A DNA stretch of 64,000 nucleotides from Andalucia godoyi And28 (Eukaryota; Protista; Jakobida), in NCBI GenBank assembly GCA_009859145.1, contig VRVR01000022.1:62001-126000 (forward strand), in the 5' to 3' direction. The position numbers and the translations under genes are program-made. The notes beneath the pieces were generated by a model. That model was given only the letters and a program-made list of their open reading frames with translations, did no database searches and was not told where the DNA came from. This document shows positions 11,673-21,375 of the stretch, piece by piece (position 1 is the stretch's first letter; the number at the start of each line of letters is the position of its first letter).

Positions 11673-11721
<49 letters not shown>
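11673..11721. repeat. (TGT)n microsatellite
   Basis: Direct read between convergent genes. Confidence 0.95.
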
Positions 11722-11722
<1 letters not shown>

Positions 11723-11798
11723 TTAAAATTGCAACGAGATGAAACAGCTCGAAACGAAAAAGAAGAAGAAAAAAGGCGGCGAAGAACTATGTAATGAG

Positions 11799-12674
11799 CT
11801 AGATTAGGAAAGGAATGAGGGCTTTGCGAGATGGAGGAAACTCGCCCGGGAATGTTCGAAGATACCATCTGCGGGTAGCGAGGGAGCGAGGAAGAAACGT
11901 GGAGAGACCGAAAAGAGCCCACAGAACCCCAATGAGGGATGCTGTGGCGATGGCATATCCAATCCATTCGACAAGTTCACCAAAGTAGTTTGGGTTCGTC
12001 ACGAGTCGAAAGAGCCCTGCGTGCGGAACCTTGTATGTGGCGCTGCGGGGCGTGAGAGCCTGTGACTCGGACTCGGGTTGCGACTTTGGATCGGAGGTCG
12101 CTGCTGCCTTCCGTAGTTCCCGAAGCGAATAGTCGGCCCAGCGGTTGATTACGTATCCAATCACAAAGAGAAGAGAGCCAAGAATGAAGCACGGCGAATA
12201 AAAGTAGGAATTCCCGTAGTCGGTGCTTGCCAAATGAAGAGCAAATCCCGCGGAGAAGGTGTAATTTGGAATCATTCCCCCGATGCATATCCCAAGCGGG
12301 GTCGTTTTCGCCGAATACCGCATCGTAAGCGGATGGACTAGTCCGCGATGGAGATAATGTGCGACGTAATATCCGACAAGAACGATTGCAGGCACATCAA
12401 CTTGCCCACTTTGAACCACAAGCCCCACAAACAGTGCCGGAGTAAGCAGCGCACCCGGCGGAAAGTCCGACAAAATATGCGCAAGTCGTTGCGGAATCTC
12501 GATTTGGCTTGATCTGCCCGCCGTTTCCGCCGCCGTCGCAAATTTCCCATAATTCGCCGGCTTCCCAAACTGGACCACAAACGACGAAACAATCAGAATC
12601 GCCGCGAATCCACAGAGTGCATAATACACGATTGAAACCGTTGTACAACACAAAAGAAAAAACGGCTCCGCCAT
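11799..12674 (-). CDS. 3-oxo-5-alpha-steroid 4-dehydrogenase (SRD5A/DET2-like)
   Basis: PANYGK, HYLHRGLVHP, INRWADYSLRELRK, YKVPHAGLFRLVTNPNYFGELVEWIG, RKALIPFL; ATG at 12674. Confidence 0.93.
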   Translation of the reverse strand: MAEPFFLLCCTTVSIVYYALCGFAAILIVSSFVVQFGKPANYGKFATAAETAGRSSQIEIPQRLAHILSDFPPGALLTPALFVGLVVQSGQVDVPAIVLVGYYVAHYLHRGLVHPLTMRYSAKTTPLGICIGGMIPNYTFSAGFALHLASTDYGNSYFYSPCFILGSLLFVIGYVINRWADYSLRELRKAAATSDPKSQPESESQALTPRSATYKVPHAGLFRLVTNPNYFGELVEWIGYAIATASLIGVLWALFGLSTFLPRSLATRRWYLRTFPGEFPPSRKALIPFLI

Positions 12675-12974
12675 TGCGTATGTATATATATATGTGTGTG
12701 TATGTATATGTATATATTCTCGGGAGTGTCTCAACTCCCAAATCACCACCTCGAAGTCGACAGATCACACACACACTTACACCAAATACCAAAAGGAGGA
12801 ATTGAAAAAAAAAATGTCAAAATTCGGACATTGCGCCACTGGAGTTCATGACTACGACCAGCGGCAGGTTTTTTTGTTGTTCTTTTGTTTTTACGACTGA
12901 GAAAAAAGAGTGCGCATTCAAAAAAAGCTGACGGAGAATGCTCAATAAGAAGGTGCAGGTCCGTTTGGCCGCTT

Positions 12975-14300
12975 CTATTCGAGCCAGTGTATGGACAGAG
13001 AAGCAGCGGGCTGGGGCTGGCCTTCTGTCCACCGTTCTCCCGATGCACACGCGATGAGCGGATACCCGGGGATTGGGCAGACGGATACGCCGTTGATGCA
13101 GTGGTGCGACGGGAGGTTGGTAGAAACGGAGTACACCTTGGAAGGCGTCGAGACTGTCACTGCATCTTCGGAACCCGTGTTTGAGTTCAGTTCCCTTGCA
13201 CTACGCATGTCAAATGCGCAGATTTCAGACGCTCGATTGCCAGTGTACAGGGTTTGTCCGTCATGCGAAAGAGAAATCTGCATTCGTTGGAAGCTCAGGC
13301 TCGTCGATTTCAGCGCCGCGGAAGGCAGGATGCCCGGTCGATGAACTTCGGTCATGATTCGCATCGTCCGAATGTCCCAAACACACACTCGCGGATCTGG
13401 GCTCCGAGAGACTGAGAACAGCTCCAATCCGCTCGCGACCATTTGAACCACTCCGCCAAAATGGCCTTGGAGCACCATCGCCGGTTGGTTTGCCGGAGAC
13501 AGCTGATCATAGATTCGAATCGAGCCGTCTGTGCACCCAGCAGCGAACAAGTGCGCGGACCCATGAAGGGAACAGAGAGCAGTGGCGAGTGGGGTTCGTG
13601 CGAGTCCGGCGTGGCCTGCAGTGTCGAGCTTGAGCCGCCTTGCATACACAGGACTCGATCCAGGAACCATGGGATCGAACAGAGCAACTGTGCTGTTTGC
13701 AAAGCCTGCAGCCATTCGAACCGCATGCGCAACAGCACTTTCATTGTCCTTTTCTTGATTTGCAAAAGACACGAAATTGCACGAAACCGGATGGACGAAC
13801 GACCCCTTGGCGTATCTATCGTCCAAGGAATACGAAGCTCGCGATGCACCAGTAAACCCGTCGACAAGACGCAGGGGCTGTGCGTGCTGTGCGCACAGAA
13901 TTCCACATGTCGGCGGGTCTGCCGAGCTCATCCATGGATACCACACATAATCATAAATCCTGTCGTGACACAGCAGTCCACGAGCCGAGGGACCAGACAG
14001 CTCCGCCGGCATGCCAGACGCGGACGGACACTCGAAAAACGATGCGTCAGCCGGCGTAATCAGACTGTCGTACACCTGAAGCTCAGAATGTGTGTCGCCT
14101 GCCAGCGACTCGCGGGTATGACACGTCAGAAGACAGCTGCCATCCGGTGACCATTGTACTCCATGGTACAGCACCGCCCGTGCTCCAGACGCAGGAACAC
14201 CTTCAGCCTCGGTGTCAGTCCCAGTGCTAGCCCCAGTAGCAGTGTCATGCTCGCTGTCGCTGAGAGGAGTCGCTACTGCAGTCGACTTAAAGAGTCGCAT
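12975..14300 (-). CDS. WRAP53: WD40 telomerase Cajal body protein 1 (TCAB1/WRAP53)
   Basis: WSPDGSCLLT, IYDYVWYPWMSSADPPTC, QPLRLVDGFTGASRASY, HFGGVVQM, CVWDIR, CINGVS, CASGER. First ATG at 14300 (the ORF track start is TTG). Confidence 0.88.
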   Translation of the reverse strand: MRLFKSTAVATPLSDSEHDTATGASTGTDTEAEGVPASGARAVLYHGVQWSPDGSCLLTCHTRESLAGDTHSELQVYDSLITPADASFFECPSASGMPAELSGPSARGLLCHDRIYDYVWYPWMSSADPPTCGILCAQHAQPLRLVDGFTGASRASYSLDDRYAKGSFVHPVSCNFVSFANQEKDNESAVAHAVRMAAGFANSTVALFDPMVPGSSPVYARRLKLDTAGHAGLARTPLATALCSLHGSAHLFAAGCTDGSIRIYDQLSPANQPAMVLQGHFGGVVQMVASGLELFSVSRSPDPRVCVWDIRTMRIMTEVHRPGILPSAALKSTSLSFQRMQISLSHDGQTLYTGNRASEICAFDMRSARELNSNTGSEDAVTVSTPSKVYSVSTNLPSHHCINGVSVCPIPGYPLIACASGERWTEGQPQPAASLSIHWLE

Positions 14301-14700
14301 CGTCCGTACGGAGGGTCCGCTGCGTGAGCGAGAGACGAGACAGTCGACTACTTTACACTCAACGAAGCGTCCATCATGGATCAAGCTCGCTCACGATTGA
14401 CACGATTCTTGCAGAGAAGAACCCATCCGCGGAACAACAACGAATGCGCGTACTTTCTTCAAATGTGGAGTCGGAAAAAAAACAGATACAACAGATTTAG
14501 GCTTTCAACGGACCCCCCGTTTGTTGGATGGTTGTTATCTTGTTATTTATGTATTTTTCTTCCTTTCTTTTATATATACATATTGTTAGTTTTTTAACAA
14601 GCCGCGGCTCGTAGTTATGATGTTGGTGATCATCAACGAACGGGCGAAAAACGCCACGATATGTTCTTGCCGCCGGAATAAAAGAAAAAATCCAAGTAAC

Positions 14701-15026
14701 ACCCTGCAACCCAAAATCTCTCCACACACTTGGCTCGCATGCTGCGCCTCAGACAGATTTATTTGGCGTAAAAAGTGACTTTTACAATCCGCATCAGCGC
14801 CCATCCAATGAAGCTCCCCTTTTGAGTGGGACATCCGTGGTGTCTGCGCACCCCAAAACAGAAACAACCTATTTTCCTGTTCAGAGCTCTCTAGCTGAGC
14901 AATCAGTGCATTCGTTAGAACCATTTGGACCCTCGGAACCAGGAGAAAACTAGGGGTTTCAACGAGCTTCTTTTATTGCCATTCCGCATTTTTAATCCAC
15001 TTGTTCTCTCTCTCTCTCTCTCGATT

Positions 15027-15076
<50 letters not shown>

Positions 15077-15225
15077 GATCTTTCCTTCTCTGTTTTCAAT
15101 TGAGCGGATATTGCATTGATTGTTGATTGGCAATGGAGTGCGCCGCAGAGGGAGAGAGAGGCCGCGGCGGAGGAATCGGGTTGTCAGTATTCGACAGTGT
15201 CTCTCATTGGGCCTCGACCTTGCAC
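14701..15225 (+). repeat. Dispersed ~520-bp repeat, copy 1 (internal (TC)n tract)
   Basis: Near-identical to the reverse complement of 35147-35660. Only a few substitutions plus a microsatellite length difference. Confidence 0.95.
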
Positions 15226-15805
15226 TCCTACGCCGCCGCGACAACAACCGGTAGCAGCAATTTGCAGAAAAGAAAAGCAAAAATGGTCGGCCTTCATTCA
15301 ATAGCAATGTCGACGGCTGTAATAAACAAACGCTCCGCCATACTACCTATTTGGGATGGAGGGTTACAAGAATAACACAAATCAGAGCGCGGGAAAACTA
15401 CCAGCAGCGACCGTAGATTACATCTGGGGTCCGATGCACGGTCCAGGGCCTGCTGTGCACCCTCAGGGGTTATCGAATACTGCAACCCTGGCAGGCATCC
15501 GTTCGGGGGGATTCGATTGCGAAACCACCAGGATCACGCGCCTCTTGCAAGTCCAATCATATAACCGAACCCCTCGCTTTTTTTTCCTTTTCCTTTCCTC
15601 CACCACTCCAGTTCGTATTGCTTTTCCTATTGTTTCTTCTTCTCTTCTCTTCTCTTCTCTTCTCTTCTCTTCTCTTTTTTTTCTTTTCTTTTTTCCTTTT
15701 CCTTTTTCTTTTCCTTTTAAAAAGGTTTTTCAAAACTCTCAGTGCACTTCGAGCGAACATCAGTATCCAGTTATCGGTAGACTTTGCATACGTCTTCCGA
15801 TCCTA

Positions 15806-16150
15806 ATGAGCTACGCCTTCTCCCTTGCACGTCACCAGCGCCGTTCCAACCCCAACTCAATCTCCGCGTCCAAGTCAGACCACCACGATGCCCCGTCTTC
15901 ATCGCTTCCTAGTGGATTCAATCAGCTAACAGGCCGCCGCAGCCTTGCGTCCTCGTTGCTCGGAATCTCTCGTGGCGGAAATGCCTCCGTCGCGTTTGCC
16001 GAGCCTTCTTCTCTCTTCCTCAACTCTGTTTCTATCCTGTCATCAGCCACTGCAGTCCCTGCAAAGGCTGCTGATGTCCTCCGCGACACTCTTGCAATCA
16101 GCGGCCACGCTTCGGCGCTCTTTGCAACCTTGCGCTCTGCCCTCCTGTAA
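15806..16150 (+). CDS. Hypothetical small Ser/Ala-rich protein, 114 aa
   Basis: ATG follows a long pyrimidine tract like those upstream of other genes here. No family recognised; a competing antisense ORF exists. Confidence 0.35.
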   Translation: MSYAFSLARHQRRSNPNSISASKSDHHDAPSSSLPSGFNQLTGRRSLASSLLGISRGGNASVAFAEPSSLFLNSVSILSSATAVPAKAADVLRDTLAISGHASALFATLRSALL

Positions 16151-16907
16151 CCCTTTGGTCTCTTCGTGATCGCACCGGGCTTGGGGGTTTGTGCCATCTC
16201 AGTCCTTGCATGCGTGCGTACCTGTGCCTTTTGTTTGTTTCTTTTTGTAGCGCTTTCTGTCTGTTCTCTTCCAGGTTTCGTGTCGTGGAAGCACATCCGG
16301 GTTTCGCACGAAGCATGTTTTCGGTATCGCAGGGTCTGTTGCTCCCCTCCAGTTGCGTCTTCTCTTTTGGCAAGTTGTAGTGTGTTTGGGAGGGCTTGTA
16401 TATAACTTTTATTTGATTTCAAACACACATACAGCGACTTCTTTCTTATTTTTGCAATGCCATTGATCGAAGAACTCTGGAGAGAGGGGGATCGCAGATG
16501 TTTTTGCTTGCTGCTGAAAGCTGTGCTGGCCTTGGGACGCAACCAGGGAAGAAAGACAGAGCGCTGGGAACAACGACACGCCGCATGAGATGTTGCATTC
16601 CCCCCGTCTCGTAATTGATCATGATTTCCAATTAAAAATCTTGTTTCTCGAATATCCACTGCGTACGTCCTTGTAACCTGACGAAAAGCCAAAGACAAGT
16701 CGAGCAGCGACCTCGCATAAAGTCATTTAATCGTTTATGACGCTTATCTCTTCTTTTATTATTCTCTCTCTCTCTCTCTCTCTCTTTCTTTCTTACTCTT
16801 TTCTTTCTCTTTTTCTTTCTCTATTGAGCAAGGCTTTCTTTTCCATTCTTTAAATTTGAGCATAGAACGTCTTTGCAAAGGATAAGAGAAACAGAATTTC
16901 AAGGGTA

Positions 16908-19900
16908 ATGAGTCATGAGCGCGAACCCAAACGCCCCCGTCTTGGCTGGGACTCTGCGGTGTCTGATGGAGCTGCAACGGATCACAATGCGCCGCTGCCG
17001 CCGCTACTGCCGCCTCCTCCTTCGTCCGCACTGGATTCCAAAGAACACAGATCGAAACGAGAACACCTGGAACCGCTGCGACTGAGAAAGACAAGGTGGG
17101 ACATGTCGACAACAGCAACGACGATGACGATGCCAGTGAGTATGAACGAAGCTGCGTCTGTGAATCAGAGTGTGAATGCCGACGGATCCAAGATTGTTGC
17201 GGATACGCTGGAAGCAGAAGCGGCGGAGAAGGGCGAGACGAGTGACCAGGTTTCTCAAGAAGGAGTCTTGTTGGAGGGGCTTCCTGCGTTGAAACCGTAC
17301 GACATTCCGTTCTTCACTGCGCTCATCAAGTCTCACGGGACAGCATATGCAAAGACACAAGCGGGGGTGCAGCCCATGACGGATAACGAGCACGGCGATG
17401 AAGAATTGCTGCTGATTTTGCGGCTTGTGCTCGTCATCAAGAACGGCCTTCCGAGAGACCGCAAGTCTGCACTGTCTGAATTTCGATTACGGATCGCACG
17501 AGGATCGTTTTCTGCCAATGTCCTTCTTGGAAAAGTGCTGATTCCATTGTTTTCGGCTCCCGGAATGGATCCTCAGGAACGGCACTTGGTGCTGAAGTGT
17601 CTCTTTATTGCTGTCCAGTCACTGAATGCGCTGGCCATGTCCGATCCGTCCATGCTCGTCGAGCTGACTTCGCGGTTGTTCAGACTTGTCGTAGGACCGC
17701 TGGTGATGGACGACAAGGATAGAATGGCACGGCTGCAGGGCCGGGATTTGCTCGCTGCTGTCTGCAGATCGGCCGGATGGTCTGGAGTCGCTCGATCGAT
17801 TGCGCCATTGATGTCCAATTTGGACGACGGCGTCAGGATCGCTGCGGCTCGATCCATCGCCATGGTTGCCCTGTCGGTCGGTATTCATCGGATTGTACCG
17901 TTCATCAAGGCTGCGGCTGCTTCGAAGCCCGCGAATCCTGAAAAAAGGGACGACATCACGTGGTTGCTGATTCGCGAATGTGCTGTGCGATCCGTTCATC
18001 AGCTCGCCTCCACGGCTGGCGCGGCTGTGCTCTCGCACCTCGACCAACTGATCGCGGTCGTCGCGCCGTTTCTTGATCTCGATCTTGACAATCGGCAGCA
18101 ATCCCATAGCTCTCGGACGTATGACCAACAGTATCAAATGCCACAGGTTGCGGTTCAACGCCAAAAAACCAGCGAAAGCGACAACGATGCCAGTGATGGT
18201 GACGACAACGGTAATGATGGTGATAATGATAATGATAATGATAACAGCAGCACCGCAGAAGCATCGACAACGGGCAAGAATGCTACCGGCATTCGTGTTG
18301 TGCACAGTCGAAATATCCAAGTGGTGTCGTCGGTATCGAATCCGCAACTCACTACTCGGTTGTGTGTGTCTGCGGCCTTGGCGGTGGCTGCTCTTGCAGA
18401 GGCCTCGTTTCCATATGGTGGCGATTCGTTTGAGCCCGTGGTTCGAACCCTTTGGTCCGGAACGAAGAAACACTCTCGTCGTAGAATTCTCGGGGCGTTT
18501 TTGCGAGCCACCGGATCCGTGATTGCGTTGCTGGAGCCATCGCGAGCTGCAGTGTATTCCAAAGCACTTGTGAGAACCCTGGTGCGTGAGATGGCTGCTC
18601 CGGATGACGACATGAAGCGAATCGTTCTTGGCGTCCTGCGGCAGTGTCTCGTCGCGACCGATTTGAAGGGAGTTGTTGCTCGTGTTCTTGAGTTCAAGCG
18701 CACAAGACCCAAGAACGATCCGTTGGCACCTGTTGGAATCGGTCTGTCCCAGCTTGATGGAATCGCCGGAAGTGGTGATAGCAAGAGAAAGGCGGAAGAA
18801 GCTGAGCAGGACGAGGAGGATGCATTTCCCGCGGATTACATTCTACGCGAACTTGTTCCGCCCTTCTTCTCGGCGTTTTGGACTCGTCGTGTTGTTACAT
18901 CTGCTTCGTCGAATCCAACGACAAATTCGAGCGCCAACGCTGCCGGCGATATCGATGCAAAGCCTACCATGCATGGAAGAAGTGGCGATAGGAGGTTGAT
19001 CCGCTCCGTCATTGAGACGATACCCGTTCTGCTGTCCCGCGCTGGAGGATCCGTACTGCCGCTATTGCAGCATACGCTGATTCATTTGAAGGATGACTGT
19101 CGTCCGTTGCGTCAGCTGACGCTAGATGGCATTGTCGATGCCTTTGAGATCTTTGGCCTCCCGCGTTCGTATGATTCTCGTACCGATGACTTGCTAATTG
19201 ATGGAATCCTGTTCACTCTTGAGGATTCCATGACGGCCCAAAGCGTTACCGGCTCCACAAAGAATGCTGCTGCGGACGAAGAGGCAATGACTGTGGATGA
19301 GTTAAACTATGCAAAGTCGGGTACCCGATGTTTGGCTACCGTCCTCATGGCGTTCGTGCAGCGTGCGTACAATGCGACCGGCTCTGCAGAACAGGTGTCG
19401 ACGTCATCGTCATTCAAGAATTCAAGTGCGATCGGCTGGGCATCTCAAGTGCACCTCAGTAACGTTACTCAGTATCTTGGACAAGTGTCGCGATACGTAG
19501 AATCACACCTATCCCATCGATCTCCAAAACAACGGCACACGGCAGCGCTTGTTGCTTCGGCATGCGCGTCAGGTCCGCTTCTGAAATCACGTCGAACTGA
19601 CATTTTGCTTCGTTTCGCGAGAATATGTGTCGAGAACCTCGGTGAGCCGTTTCCAGATGTTTTGGCAGCCATATTGGATGCTCTTCGTGCGTCCATGGAG
19701 GCGTTGACGTCGATTGCCAAGACGAGTGTGGGCCAGAGTGCATTGTTGCCGCCGTCTTCTGCTCAGGCGGAGGCAGCGGCAAAGACGGGAAGACGGCGCG
19801 GTTTCGAACTCACTGATCCGGATACGGGTTCTTTGGATTCTCAGCGAGTTGTTGCTGTTTCTTTGGGTGACTTGGTTGCCCGTTTGACTCCGATTTTGAG

Positions 19901-20798
19901 AAACCGACACGAGAGGGTTTCGGAGCAGGTTATCCGGCTCATCGCCCTCGTTGCGGATTGTGTTGTAGAAAATGTCGATCCGTCCACTGCCTCCATGAAT
20001 GTTGGTGGCGCTCCAAAAGTGATTGTTGCGCGACAAGAATGGCTCCGAATTTGCTTTGATTTGCTCGAACTGCTAAAGTCACAGCTGCGAAGAATCCGTC
20101 GATCTGCGATTGCTGCATTTGGGAGAATTGCTCGCGCAATCGGACCTCTCGAGGTTTTGCCACCACTGTTGGCCAATTTGAGAGTTCAAGAACGATCTCA
20201 ACGCGTTTGCACCACGGTTGCAATTGCAATTGTTGCAGAATCCTGCGGTGCATTTGCGGTGTTGCCTGCGCTGATGCAAGAGTATCGTATTCCTGAGCTC
20301 AACGTGCGAACTGGTGTTCTTAAGTCTCTTGCGTTCTTGTTTGAATACTTGGGATCCGCTTCTGCTCGGTTTGTTTGGGCCGTTACCCCCCTTCTGCAAG
20401 ACGCCCTGTCCGACCGAGATCTCGTCCACCGCCAAACTGCGTCGTCTGCTGTGAAGTTTCTTGCGCTGGGTGCTGCCGGTTGGGGATATGAAGACTGCCT
20501 GCGCCATTTGCTCAACTTTGTGTTTCCAAACATCCTCGAAGAATCCCCGCATGTCATTTCGGCCGTCCGCGAGGCGATCGATGCATTGAGAATTGCGCTC
20601 GGCCCAGGTGTCATCCTTCAGTATCTTTTGCAAGGCTTGTTTCATCCCGCGCAGAAAGTGCGCGAAGCCTACTGGGCTGTGTACAACTCTCTGTACGTTG
20701 GGTCTGCAGATGCCTTGGTGGCGTTCTACCCCAGAATCCGAGATGACGCAGTAACCGGATGCAACTATTCGGTGAATGAGTTGGAAATCATGATCTAG
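16908..20798 (+). CDS. SF3B1: Splicing factor 3B subunit 1 (U2 snRNP HEAT-repeat protein), divergent
   Basis: RWD motif; MDPQERHLVLK; conserved C-terminus RVQERSQRVCTTVAIAIVAE, EYRIPELNVRTGVLKSLAFLFEY, DRDLVHRQTASSAV, GLFHPAQKVREAYW. Confidence 0.95.
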   Translation: MSHEREPKRPRLGWDSAVSDGAATDHNAPLPPLLPPPPSSALDSKEHRSKREHLEPLRLRKTRWDMSTTATTMTMPVSMNEAASVNQSVNADGSKIVADTLEAEAAEKGETSDQVSQEGVLLEGLPALKPYDIPFFTALIKSHGTAYAKTQAGVQPMTDNEHGDEELLLILRLVLVIKNGLPRDRKSALSEFRLRIARGSFSANVLLGKVLIPLFSAPGMDPQERHLVLKCLFIAVQSLNALAMSDPSMLVELTSRLFRLVVGPLVMDDKDRMARLQGRDLLAAVCRSAGWSGVARSIAPLMSNLDDGVRIAAARSIAMVALSVGIHRIVPFIKAAAASKPANPEKRDDITWLLIRECAVRSVHQLASTAGAAVLSHLDQLIAVVAPFLDLDLDNRQQSHSSRTYDQQYQMPQVAVQRQKTSESDNDASDGDDNGNDGDNDNDNDNSSTAEASTTGKNATGIRVVHSRNIQVVSSVSNPQLTTRLCVSAALAVAALAEASFPYGGDSFEPVVRTLWSGTKKHSRRRILGAFLRATGSVIALLEPSRAAVYSKALVRTLVREMAAPDDDMKRIVLGVLRQCLVATDLKGVVARVLEFKRTRPKNDPLAPVGIGLSQLDGIAGSGDSKRKAEEAEQDEEDAFPADYILRELVPPFFSAFWTRRVVTSASSNPTTNSSANAAGDIDAKPTMHGRSGDRRLIRSVIETIPVLLSRAGGSVLPLLQHTLIHLKDDCRPLRQLTLDGIVDAFEIFGLPRSYDSRTDDLLIDGILFTLEDSMTAQSVTGSTKNAAADEEAMTVDELNYAKSGTRCLATVLMAFVQRAYNATGSAEQVSTSSSFKNSSAIGWASQVHLSNVTQYLGQVSRYVESHLSHRSPKQRHTAALVASACASGPLLKSRRTDILLRFARICVENLGEPFPDVLAAILDALRASMEALTSIAKTSVGQSALLPPSSAQAEAAAKTGRRRGFELTDPDTGSLDSQRVVAVSLGDLVARLTPILRNRHERVSEQVIRLIALVADCVVENVDPSTASMNVGGAPKVIVARQEWLRICFDLLELLKSQLRRIRRSAIAAFGRIARAIGPLEVLPPLLANLRVQERSQRVCTTVAIAIVAESCGAFAVLPALMQEYRIPELNVRTGVLKSLAFLFEYLGSASARFVWAVTPLLQDALSDRDLVHRQTASSAVKFLALGAAGWGYEDCLRHLLNFVFPNILEESPHVISAVREAIDALRIALGPGVILQYLLQGLFHPAQKVREAYWAVYNSLYVGSADALVAFYPRIRDDAVTGCNYSVNELEIMI

Positions 20799-21375
20799 AT
20801 GCAGTGATAATGCACAGTGCGTGTTCTGTCCAAATTCTTTCTTTACTGTTTTTTCGTTTGCTTGGTGTTTTTTGTTTTTTTTTAAATTGTGGTGTCCTAC
20901 TGTATGATTTCCCCCTTCTCTCTGAAGTCTGGGACGCAGTGCATCCACGTACTACGACCTGCCATGTACTTTTTGTTTTGAAGCTGATTTGCATTGCTAG
21001 TTGCGGCATCGGCAGCGTCATGACCCGTGAGTCGTGTATCCGCGTCAAGACCCGAAACACCCCGTGTCCGGACTCCGGCAGCATAAACCATTCGCTGCTG
21101 TAGACTGAAAAGCTTTGCGCGCCAAATTCCATGCTTGCAGTCAAACAACGAGCACGCACTGCGACGTCGCGTACAAAATTCAGTTTTGCGTTATGTTTTG
21201 TTTGAACCTTCTTTTTTAACTTCCTTTGGTTAATGCATATTTATTTAAACTACTACAAGGATTCGCTTTTAACATGATTCCTTTGTGTAGCGTGGGAAAA
21301 TAGGACATATAGTGGTATTTGGGCTCTGTTTTTCACCGCTCTGTTTCTGACACTTCAGTTGCTGCTGACTTTGTG

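Noticed and set aside
15922-16698. 258-aa minus-strand ORF
   Set aside because: No family signal, non-ATG start, and it conflicts with the plus-strand ORF favoured by the upstream pyrimidine tract.
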